NCBI GenBank assembly: GCA_041674405.1 | Contig: JBAYVT010000002.1 | Coordinates: 30,001-62,000, forward strand | Direction of reading: 5' to 3' | DNA length: 32,000 nt | DNA from: Patescibacteria group bacterium | Lineage (GTDB): Bacteria; Patescibacteriota; UBA1384; XYA2-FULL-43-10 | Shown: positions 25,338 through 32,000 of the stretch, in pieces | How the letters are laid out: each line of letters begins with the position of its first letter | Numbering within the stretch: position 1 is the stretch's first letter | Translations under genes and position numbers: made by a program | The notes under the pieces: generated by a model | Seen by the model: only the letters and a program-made list of their open reading frames with translations | What the model was told of the DNA's origin: nothing | Database searches by the model: none

Positions 25338-26596
25338 TTTATCATCCCTTTAGCATGTAAGTCTCGATAATAAGAAATTGCAAATCTGTGTGCCTCATCA
25401 CGCAATGCAACAATGTTGTTTTTGATTCCGGGGGTCTTTTCGATATAGCTTTTTACATCATGATTCTGAAAGTGTAGCTCGTCTTTGTCACGCTTTGGCC
25501 CCTTTGAAATTGAAATAATCGGGGCATGCAAACCTGATTCCGTAAGGACTTTCAGTGCAGCCTTAAGATGTGTTTCCCCGCCATCAATCACTACCAAATC
25601 AGGATCACCCCATTTGTTATTCATTCTGCGCCGTAGAATTTCTGCCATCATCGCGATGTCGTTAGCACCATTCACATTTTTGATTTTAAATTTTCGATAT
25701 TCTTCCGGCGCTTTTTTACCAGAGATAAATACACTCATCGCGCCGACCGCATAGCTGCCAGAAATATTGGAAATATCGAAACATTCCATTCTTTTGAAAT
25801 ATACTTTGGTGCTATCAAACACATCATCCCGAATTCCCAGCGCCACATCTCGTAAATGGTCAAGGGCAGCAACCTGATTTCGTGTTAACGCTGCAACCTC
25901 ATATCGCTTCTGCCGACTCAATTCTTTCATTTCTTTGTAAAGGGCTTGCTCAACCTCGGCTTTCTTCCCACGGAGAAAATTTTTAAGATATGTGATGTTT
26001 TTGTTATATTGTTTTTTATCTACCCAATCGGCGCAGGGCGCAGTGCAAACACGAATGTCACCATATATACAAGCACGGCATTTCTTGGCCTGCAGATTAT
26101 ATTTCGTTTTTGAACAATCGCGATAAGGAAAGATTTTCCTCAAATATCGCAATGATTTTTTAAGTTCCATTCCATTTGGATAGGGGCCAAATAATCTGCC
26201 CGCTTTTTTCTCGCGAGCAAACTCTTCGTGCGGTATATCTTTAATTCTTCTCAATCCAACGCATGGAAATTCTTCTTTTGTGAAATGAATTACAAAAAAC
26301 GATTTATCATCCTTGAACTGAATATTATATCTTGGCTTAATTTTTTTAATCAGCTCGGCTTCAAGAATTACCGCCTCAATCTCACTTTCGGTTTCTTTGA
26401 AAATTATTTTTCTTGCGTTTGAAACCATTAGATCAATTGACGGACCACGGCCAATCTCTTTTAAAAAATATGATTTTATCCTACTTTTTAAATTTTTGGC
26501 TTTGCCCACATACAAAATATCCCCGTCGGCATTCTGAAACTGATATACCCCCGGGGATTTTGGCGCGTAAATTATATAATCCTGTAAACTCTTCAT
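25334..26596 (-). CDS. uvrC: UvrC-like excinuclease subunit, short form (420 aa)
   Basis: GIY-YIG domain (PGVYQF...ILYVGKAKNLKSR). Cys cluster C..C......C...C. UVR-like helix. RNase-H-like endonuclease domain (MECFDISNISG...RDEAHRFAI). The protein ends ~15 aa after that motif. Confidence 0.8.
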   Translation of the reverse strand: MKSLQDYIIYAPKSPGVYQFQNADGDILYVGKAKNLKSRIKSYFLKEIGRGPSIDLMVSNARKIIFKETESEIEAVILEAELIKKIKPRYNIQFKDDKSFFVIHFTKEEFPCVGLRRIKDIPHEEFAREKKAGRLFGPYPNGMELKKSLRYLRKIFPYRDCSKTKYNLQAKKCRACIYGDIRVCTAPCADWVDKKQYNKNITYLKNFLRGKKAEVEQALYKEMKELSRQKRYEVAALTRNQVAALDHLRDVALGIRDDVFDSTKVYFKRMECFDISNISGSYAVGAMSVFISGKKAPEEYRKFKIKNVNGANDIAMMAEILRRRMNNKWGDPDLVVIDGGETHLKAALKVLTESGLHAPIISISKGPKRDKDELHFQNHDVKSYIEKTPGIKNNIVALRDEAHRFAISYYRDLHAKGMIK

Positions 26597-27831
26597 TTCA
26601 ATTGCTTAATATATTTCACAACCTCATCTATTTTTATAATTTTCTTTTCTGTTTTTTTGCGATTTGCTATCTCAACTCCACCGGATTTGAAAGATCGCTC
26701 AGAAACAACAATGGTTATCGGACAACCAATCAGATCTGCGTCGGCAAACTTTTCGCCGGCAGTGATTTCTTCTCTATCGTCATACAACACTTCAATTCCA
26801 GCGTCAAGAAGCTCCTTGTAAATCTTCTCTGTTTCCTCATTTTTGTTTAAAGAGATTAAATTGACACTGAATGGCGCAATGTTTTTCGGCCAGATGATCC
26901 CATAATCATCGTGAAATAATTCTACAGCCGTGCCCAAAAGGCGTGTTAGACCAATGCCGTAACAACCCATTATCATTGCCACTTCTTTACCCTCAGAGTT
27001 CAGAACTTTAGCATTCATTTGGGATGAATATTTATTTGAAAGAGGAAAAATATTACCAACTTCAATTGAATTGGCCATAACAATTTTACCATCGCATTTC
27101 GGGCATTTATCACCCTCAGATACTTTCGCAATTTCTCTGTTTTGGGCAAAATCACACTTGTTGCAATAAAAGATTGTATCTTCACCGGAAGTCGCCAAAG
27201 CTTGAAATTCATGCGAAAATTCTGAGAATACTCCACCGCTAGCCTCGACCAATTTGGTCTCAATTCCACATCGGGAAAAAGCTCTAAAATACGCTTTGAT
27301 CACTTCTTGATAGTACTTTTCAAAATCTGCTTCATCAATATGAAAGCTATACATATCTTTCATAATAAATTCTCGCCCACGAAGGAGACCTGACTTAGCT
27401 CTCGGCTCATTCCTGAACTTGGTTTGTATTTGATAAAGAGATATTGGCAAATCTTTGTATGAAGAAATATGATGCCTCACAATGTCGATGATCTGTTCTT
27501 CATGAGTTGCGCCAAGACCGATCTCCTTATTTCTTGAGTCCTTAAACTGATACATCACTTCAGACATCTTACTCCAGCGACCAGTTTCTTCCCATAATTC
27601 TCTTGGCTGAAGCACATTCATTAGAAGCTCTTGTCCCTCAACCTTATTCATTTCATCTCGAATAATATTTTCAATTTTAGAATAAACACTGAAACCAAGC
27701 GGAAGAAGTGCATACGCCCCCGCCATGTGTTTTTCAACAAAACCACCGCGAGCTAAAAGAGAGGCATTTATCGAATCAGAATCAGCCGGAGTTTCCTTAT
27801 AAGTTTTGATAAGGCTTTTAGATCTTTTCAT
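26593..27831 (-). CDS. proS: prolyl-tRNA synthetase, bacterial type, lacking the INS editing domain
   Basis: The N-terminus is close to E. coli ProRS (TYKETPADSD...LPLG; LYQIQTKFRNEPR; GREFIMKDMYSFH; SHEFQ; GCYGIGLTRL). CNKC-x16-CPKC occupies the INS position. Confidence 0.9.
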   Translation of the reverse strand: MKRSKSLIKTYKETPADSDSINASLLARGGFVEKHMAGAYALLPLGFSVYSKIENIIRDEMNKVEGQELLMNVLQPRELWEETGRWSKMSEVMYQFKDSRNKEIGLGATHEEQIIDIVRHHISSYKDLPISLYQIQTKFRNEPRAKSGLLRGREFIMKDMYSFHIDEADFEKYYQEVIKAYFRAFSRCGIETKLVEASGGVFSEFSHEFQALATSGEDTIFYCNKCDFAQNREIAKVSEGDKCPKCDGKIVMANSIEVGNIFPLSNKYSSQMNAKVLNSEGKEVAMIMGCYGIGLTRLLGTAVELFHDDYGIIWPKNIAPFSVNLISLNKNEETEKIYKELLDAGIEVLYDDREEITAGEKFADADLIGCPITIVVSERSFKSGGVEIANRKKTEKKIIKIDEVVKYIKQLK

Positions 27832-27837
27832 TCCCCG

Positions 27838-28926
27838 CTACTTTCTTATTAAATGTATTATATCACCATACGTGATCAATGCGATTAGAAGAAGCAAAAA
27901 CACAAAGCCAACCGAGTGAATAATGTTTTCGACATACTCGCGAATTAATCTCCGACGAGCAACCATTTCAATTAAAATAAAAAGTATTCTGCCCCCATCA
28001 AGTGCAGGTATGGGCAAGATGTTCAAAATTGCCAGATTAATAGAAAGCAATGCAACAAATTGAAGAAGGGCAAGGATTCCCATTCTTACAAACAAACCGG
28101 TATAAGTATAAATTGCGACAGGGCCACCAACTCCTTCGCCAGCTTGTCCTGTAGTAAATAAATTATGCAAGTAATTTCCCAAAAACTCAAACGTAAAAAT
28201 ACCGATACGATATTCTTCGCGAGCCGCAACCCAGGGAGCATCATACAGCGGTACTCTGATTATGCTTCTCTCAATCAGTCCAACTCCCAAAGGTGCATCG
28301 GAAGATCCGGACAGAGAAACCTCTTGTTTATTTATCGCCCCATCTCTTTCGTATACTACAGTAACCTTTTGGCCATAATAAGCTTGAGTAAAATTGGTTA
28401 GATCTGAGAAACTTCCCACATTTTGAGTGGTGTTGCTAGAATCAATTTCTTTAATTATATCCCCGGCAGCCAAACCAGCAGACTTAGCTGGAGAATTATT
28501 TTCGAAATCGGCAATGATTATTTGATTAGATAGTCTTTTGCCAGGGACTTGATCCGAAGGAGAGATAACGGGAGACATGCCCACAGAAAAACCGACAACC
28601 AAAAGAACCCATGCCAGTACAATATTCATCAATATTCCAGCAAGAGAGATAATTAACCTTTTATAAGCCGGTTGATTTTCCAGTGCGCGCTTGCTTTTAC
28701 TCTCCTCCAACTCACCGAGCATTTTTACATAACCGCCGAGAAAAAAGAAGGTATTTATAGTATATGTCGTCTCGCCCTTCTTTATCGAAAAAAGTCTCGG
28801 TGGAAAACCAAAAGCAAATTCTTCAACTTTCACTCCGGCTTTTTTTGCAGCGATAAAATGCCCGAATTCATGTGACAGAACAAGAAGCGCCAGAATTATA
28901 ATAAATGTTACAATGGTCAATATCAT
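27838..28926 (-). CDS. rseP: RseP/RIP site-2 metalloprotease (M50)
   Basis: HEFGHF in TM1. PDZ-like SPAKSAGLAAGDII. NILPIPALDGG. Confidence 0.85.
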   Translation of the reverse strand: MILTIVTFIIILALLVLSHEFGHFIAAKKAGVKVEEFAFGFPPRLFSIKKGETTYTINTFFFLGGYVKMLGELEESKSKRALENQPAYKRLIISLAGILMNIVLAWVLLVVGFSVGMSPVISPSDQVPGKRLSNQIIIADFENNSPAKSAGLAAGDIIKEIDSSNTTQNVGSFSDLTNFTQAYYGQKVTVVYERDGAINKQEVSLSGSSDAPLGVGLIERSIIRVPLYDAPWVAAREEYRIGIFTFEFLGNYLHNLFTTGQAGEGVGGPVAIYTYTGLFVRMGILALLQFVALLSINLAILNILPIPALDGGRILFILIEMVARRRLIREYVENIIHSVGFVFLLLLIALITYGDIIHLIRK

Positions 28927-28930
28927 CTAA

Positions 28931-29488
28931 TTAGATCTTCATTACTTCAGATTCTTTTTCAGTGATCATTAAATCAACTTCTTTATTTTTCCGCTCTATT
29001 AGCTCATTCAGATCTTTTTCTGCTTGATATTTATCATCCTCAGTCGCTTCATTATTTTTAATAAGGCCCTGAACACGCGACCAAGCATCGCCACGAATTG
29101 TGCGAAGTGACACCTTGGCTTCTTCTCCGGTTTTTTTAACCTGTTTGGAAAGTTCGATTCTGCGTTCTTCTGTAATTGGTGGCAAACTCAAGCGGACAAA
29201 CGTTCCATCGTTTACTGGAGTTAGGCCAAGGTCTGCATTTCTGATTGCGGTTTCAATATCTCCAAGAGAATTTCGATCAAAGGGTTTGATTTGAATTAGG
29301 CTTGCTTCAGGAACAGAAATGCTAGCCAACTCTTTGAGCGAAGTATTCATGCCATAATACGAAACTAGAATATCTTCAACCAACGAACCTTGCGCTCGGC
29401 CCGTGCGAATTTTTGTAAGATCGGATTTCAGGTTTACGATAGATGCTGACATTTTTACATCGGCATCTTTCAAAATATCTGCAATCAT
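28931..29488 (-). CDS. frr: ribosome recycling factor
   Basis: 185 aa. LTKIRTGRA...LPPITEERR...IRGD pattern. Sits in rpsB-tsf-frr synteny. Confidence 0.92.
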   Translation of the reverse strand: MIADILKDADVKMSASIVNLKSDLTKIRTGRAQGSLVEDILVSYYGMNTSLKELASISVPEASLIQIKPFDRNSLGDIETAIRNADLGLTPVNDGTFVRLSLPPITEERRIELSKQVKKTGEEAKVSLRTIRGDAWSRVQGLIKNNEATEDDKYQAEKDLNELIERKNKEVDLMITEKESEVMKI

Positions 29489-29523
29489 CAGCCTCCTTAT
29501 TAATTCAATAAAATTTTATCACT

Positions 29524-30117
29524 TTAGTTGCCGAGTTCATAGCGGGTAAATCGTGAGATAACTATATTTTCTCCGATTTTGGCAATCAAATCATTGAGAA
29601 GATTTCCAATTGTTTTGTCCGGATCTTTAATAAATGGCTGAGACAAAAGGCAAATCTCTTCGAAATACTTTCCCATTTTACCATCAACAATTTTGGCCGC
29701 TATTTCTTCCGGTTTACCAGAGGCTTTTACTTCTTCCATGAAAATCGCTTTTTCTCTGTCAGCTTCTTCGGCTGGGACTGCATCGGAATTTACATATTTT
29801 GGATTCATTGCCGCGATATGAAGAGCAACATCATGAACGAATGTTTTAAATTCATCGTTTCTAGCGACAAAATCAGTTTCTGTGAGAACCTCAAGGATCA
29901 CCCCGATTTTTGCATCATGGCAGTAGCACTCAATAATCCCCGATTTTGTTTCGCGTTCTGCTTTTTTAGCTGCCTTTGACATTCCTTTTTTGCGCAATAT
30001 CTCGATTGCCAAATCCTCATCCCCACCAGCTTCAATAAGAGCTGATTTAACTTCCATCATTGGAAGACCAGTTTTGGCTCTGAGTTCTGCAATTTCTTTA
30101 GCTGTAATATTTGCCAT
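29524..30117 (-). CDS. tsf: elongation factor Ts (short form, 197 aa)
   Basis: ITAKEIAELRAKTGLPMMEVKSALIEAGGD is a UBA-like N-domain. TDFVARN motif. Confidence 0.92.
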   Translation of the reverse strand: MANITAKEIAELRAKTGLPMMEVKSALIEAGGDEDLAIEILRKKGMSKAAKKAERETKSGIIECYCHDAKIGVILEVLTETDFVARNDEFKTFVHDVALHIAAMNPKYVNSDAVPAEEADREKAIFMEEVKASGKPEEIAAKIVDGKMGKYFEEICLLSQPFIKDPDKTIGNLLNDLIAKIGENIVISRFTRYELGN

Positions 30118-30131
30118 GTTCCTCCAAAAAA

Positions 30132-30836
30132 TTAATTTTTATCGTTAGCCACCGCCCCTTTGTTTTCTTTGATCGTTTTTGCAAATAAATTTACAAATAG
30201 GGCAATGGATTTTGTGGCATCGTCGTTAGCTGGAATAGGATAGTCGACTAGATTCGGATCAGCATTGGTATCTACTATACCAATTGTCGTAACCCCAGAT
30301 TGAGTTGCTTCTTTTATGGCATTTTTTTCATCATGAACCCCAACCAGGATGATTACGTCAGGCTGTTTGGAAAGGCCGACAAGTCCTCCGACCAATCTCT
30401 CGCCTTTTTCAATTTCTTTTGTAAGTTTTACTTTGTCGCGTTTTTTCATCTCTGCAAATTCTGGGCTCGATACGATCAATCTGGCTCTTTCCAATTTCTT
30501 GAAAGCTTTCTGAACTGTGTTGAAATTTGTTAACATTCCACCCAGCCAACGAGAAACAATGTAAGGCATACCACAATCCTGAGCGCCTTTTTTGACAATC
30601 TCTTGGGCCTGTTTTTTGGTACCAACAAATAGGACCGTTTTCCCTTCTTTGGCCGCTTCAGCTAAAAAATTCATCGCGTCGGAAAGCTGTGATTGCGTTT
30701 TTTCCAGATCAATAACATGGACACCAGATTTGGCGCCAAAAATAAATTTGTCCATTTTGGGGTGCCAACGACTGGTTTTGTGCCCAAAATGAACGCCTGC
30801 TTCGAGCATCTCTCGAAGTGTTGGTGTGGTAACCAT
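30132..30836 (-). CDS. rpsB: 30S ribosomal protein S2
   Basis: MLEAGVHFGH..SRWHPKM; RWLGGMLTN; DTNADP. Confidence 0.95.
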   Translation of the reverse strand: MVTTPTLREMLEAGVHFGHKTSRWHPKMDKFIFGAKSGVHVIDLEKTQSQLSDAMNFLAEAAKEGKTVLFVGTKKQAQEIVKKGAQDCGMPYIVSRWLGGMLTNFNTVQKAFKKLERARLIVSSPEFAEMKKRDKVKLTKEIEKGERLVGGLVGLSKQPDVIILVGVHDEKNAIKEATQSGVTTIGIVDTNADPNLVDYPIPANDDATKSIALFVNLFAKTIKENKGAVANDKN

Positions 30837-30950
30837 AAACGATTCTCCTTTTTAACCTCCGCCTTACGATTTACCTCGGCCCGAAGATTTCGGGACGGGC
30901 AAAGGATTTTTTAATCTCGGCTCGCCCAAAGGACGAGACGGATGAGAAAG
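30837..30950 (-). promoter_or_regulatory. structured GC-rich 5' leader of rpsB (candidate S2 autoregulatory leader)
   Basis: Minus-strand hairpins are CCCGAA-AUC-UUCGGG (30880-30894) and CUCGUC..GGCGAG (30921-30937). The latter needs a G.U pair that would be a C-A mismatch on the plus strand, so the minus transcript is the structured one. The SD AAAGGAG follows. Confidence 0.4.
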
Positions 30951-31034
30951 GCGTGTGAATTTATTAACAATTAATTACTTTTAAGACATTATCATATTTT
31001 TTGGATAATTTCAATATTTAACCCGAACAATCCC

Positions 31035-31063
31035 TTGACATAATTTAAAAATATTGTTAAAGT
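31035..31063 (+). promoter_or_regulatory. sigma70-type promoter (TTGACA, 17-nt spacer, TGT-TAAAGT extended -10)
   Basis: Consensus -35 at 31035-31040. 17-nt spacer ending in TGT. -10 TAAAGT at 31058-31063. Confidence 0.6.
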
Positions 31064-31070
31064 CGTTTTT

Positions 31071-31251
31071 GTCGGTTTCGCGGGAGATCGAAACCTGACG
31101 GGGCGAGGGTTCAAGGAGTCCGCTCCAGTCTCCCGCCTAATGGTGGCGAAGCGAAAGCTTATTGCCGAGAGGCAATCGCAAGTAACCAATCTTGCCGCCA
31201 TCCCAAACATTAAACCGCCCATGGGCGGTTAAGCTTGCCTCTTTGGAGGCA
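31071..31251 (+). ncRNA. unclassified structured RNA upstream of tRNA-Ile (ends approximate)
   Basis: ~57% G+C by hand count (103/180). Helices: GGUUUCG/CGAAACC, whose loop CGGGAGA pairs with UCUCCCG at 31129-35 (a pseudoknot); GGAG-UCCG-CUCC; AAGC-GAAA-GCUU; AUUGCC-GAGA-GGCAAU; the closing helix AUGGUGGCGA/CUUGCCGCCAU; AACCGCC-CAUG-GGCGGUU; GCCUC-UUUG-GAGGC. Confidence 0.55.
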
Positions 31252-31328
31252 GGGTACGTAGCTCAGTTGGATAGAGCGTCTCCCTGATAAGGAGAAGGCC
31301 GGGGGTTCAATCCCCTCCGTACCCACCA
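31252..31328 (+). tRNA. tRNA-Ile (anticodon GAT), CCA encoded
   Basis: GGGTACG acceptor, GCTC/GAGC D-stem, anticodon loop CTGATAA, T-arm GGGGG-TTCAATC-CCCTC, CGTACCC-A-CCA. Confidence 0.95.
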
Positions 31329-31333
31329 CCCTT

Positions 31334-31372
31334 CCCTCTCTGCGCCTCGCGCAGAGAGGGTTTCCCGTTTTT
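31334..31372 (+). terminator. rho-independent terminator after tRNA-Ile
   Basis: 12-bp stem CCCTCTCTGCGC / GCGCAGAGAGGG with loop CTC, followed by TTTCCCGTTTTT. Confidence 0.8.
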
Positions 31373-31414
31373 AGGCTTGATTTTAAGTCAATATTCTGTT
31401 AATATAATTTCGTT

Positions 31415-31708
31415 ATGAAAAAAGTCATTCATCCAACTTATTATCCTGAGGCTAAGGTCACATGTGCATGTGGTGCAACTTTTACTATGGGATCAACCGA
31501 AAAAGAGATTCATGTAGAAATCTGCTCCGCCTGTCACCCATACTTTACCGGCAAAGAAAAACTGGTTGATACCGCTGGCCGCGTCGATAAATTTAAAGAG
31601 CGAATGGAAGCAGCCAAGAAGTTCAAAGAAACTAAAGAACTGAAGAACAAAAGAACCGAAGAACCAAAAGAGAATACTTCCAAAAACGAAAAATCTGAAG
31701 ATAAATAG
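31415..31708 (+). CDS. rpmE: 50S ribosomal protein L31 (Zn-ribbon type) with a Lys/Glu-rich C-terminal tail
   Basis: [10 protein letters not shown]...CACG...[22 protein letters not shown]. About 30 extra charged residues follow at the C-terminus. Confidence 0.92.
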   Translation: MKKVIHPTYYPEAKVTCACGATFTMGSTEKEIHVEICSACHPYFTGKEKLVDTAGRVDKFKERMEAAKKFKETKELKNKRTEEPKENTSKNEKSEDK

Positions 31709-31727
31709 CTCAATTTGAGATACAATG

Positions 31728-31760
31728 AAACCAGCGAGAATTTTCAAGCTGGTTTTTCAT
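31728..31760 (+). terminator. candidate terminator after rpmE
   Basis: AAACCAGC / GCTGGTTT stem (8 bp, 12-nt loop) followed by TTCATT. Confidence 0.45.
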
Positions 31761-31798
31761 TATCTAACATAAGCCCAATAAGTCTTATTAGAATTTTT

Positions 31799-32000
31799 AT
31801 GAACGATAAACTACAAAAAATTTTAGATCGTTATTACAAACTCGATAATAAACTCAAGGATCCGGCGTTATCGTCAAATCCCGAGGAATTGGCTCACGTC
31901 GCTAAAGAAAAAGCTGAGATCGAAGATGATGCCAAAAAAATCGAGCGTTATTTTCAAATTGAAAAAAATATTGAAGAAAATAAAGAAATAATTCGCGATA
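31799..32000 (+). CDS. prfA: peptide chain release factor, probably RF1 (N-terminal 67 codons; runs off the right edge)
   Basis: Hand translation MNDKLQKILDRYYKLDNKLKDPALSSNPEELAHVAKEKAEIED... fits the RF1 N-terminal helical domain. There is no RF2-type frameshift site. Confidence 0.6.
   Translation, partial: MNDKLQKILDRYYKLDNKLKDPALSSNPEELAHVAKEKAEIEDDAKKIERYFQIEKNIEENKEIIRD

Noticed and set aside
30992-31222. 76-aa minus-strand ORF spanning the rpsB-tRNA spacer
   Set aside because: It overlaps the promoter and the GC-rich stem-loops of the plus-strand structured RNA. It has no SD and its composition is Arg/Cys/Thr-rich. The open frame is best explained by the high local G+C.
31071-31251. 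Whether the structured RNA is RNase P RNA, SRP (4.5S) RNA, tmRNA, 5S or 6S
   Set aside because: GGAGUCCGCUCC superficially resembles RNase P CR-I (GAGGAAAGUCCGGGCUCC), but here it is a simple UCCG-capped hairpin. The RNA is about half the length of RNase P RNA and lacks ACAGAA..GGCUUA. It has no SRP GGAAGCAGC/GNAR motif, no tRNA-like tmRNA ends or tag ORF, and no 5S loop-C or loop-E sequences. I left it unclassified rather than naming it.
1-32000. CRISPR arrays, transposases or integrases, prophage genes, and an alternative genetic code (UGA recoding)
   Set aside because: I saw no spaced direct-repeat array and no recombinase-like ORF. Several well-defined genes terminate at TGA (hydG, hydD, the nucleotidyltransferase), and no conserved protein requires reading through TGA.

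Overview
This AT-rich, tightly packed bacterial window has about 40 genes, many with 4-nt ATGA start/stop overlaps. It uses the standard code: several genes end in TGA and none needs an in-frame TGA. I found no CRISPR array, transposase, integrase or rRNA.

Gene order:
- Minus strand, 1-14.7 kb: ddl and murF, an alpha/beta hydrolase, a Nudix protein, a membrane protein, SOD, an M29 aminopeptidase, clpP, an MFS transporter, tig, a sugar-activation pair (GHMP kinase plus an RHH-fused nucleotidyltransferase), an ASCH protein, and a pgk-fba-pfkB glycolytic operon.
- Plus strand, 14.9-21.4 kb: a four-subunit [NiFe]-hydrogenase operon ordered as in the group-3b sulfhydrogenase (hydB-hydG-hydD-hydA), then an ABC-2 transporter pair.
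- Minus strand, 21.5-30.8 kb: a SAM methyltransferase, hypC, gap, tpiA, a yvcK-like gene, a short uvrC, an INS-less proS, rseP, frr, tsf and rpsB.
- Plus strand, from 31.0 kb: a promoter-driven structured RNA, tRNA-Ile(GAT), rpmE and the start of prfA.

The reduced enzymes, the fermentative gene set and the 3b-type hydrogenase suggest a CPR/Patescibacteria-like reduced genome. That is inference only.

Most notable observations:
1. An intact APH/choline-kinase-fold gene is translationally coupled between the hydrogenase small and large subunits.
2. The large subunit ends exactly at the His of DPCxxCxxH, so it has no protease-cleaved tail. The only maturation gene present is an orphan hypC overlapping a methyltransferase.
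3. An unclassified structured RNA of about 180 nt and about 57% G+C lies behind a near-consensus extended -10 promoter, just upstream of tRNA-Ile.
4. An island of about 59% G+C carries a 50-codon ORF with a strong Shine-Dalgarno (SD) site and a perfect 14-bp hairpin.
5. A ribbon-helix-helix domain is fused to a sugar-1-phosphate nucleotidyltransferase, and a perfect 2 x 10-bp tandem repeat sits in that gene's own upstream region.
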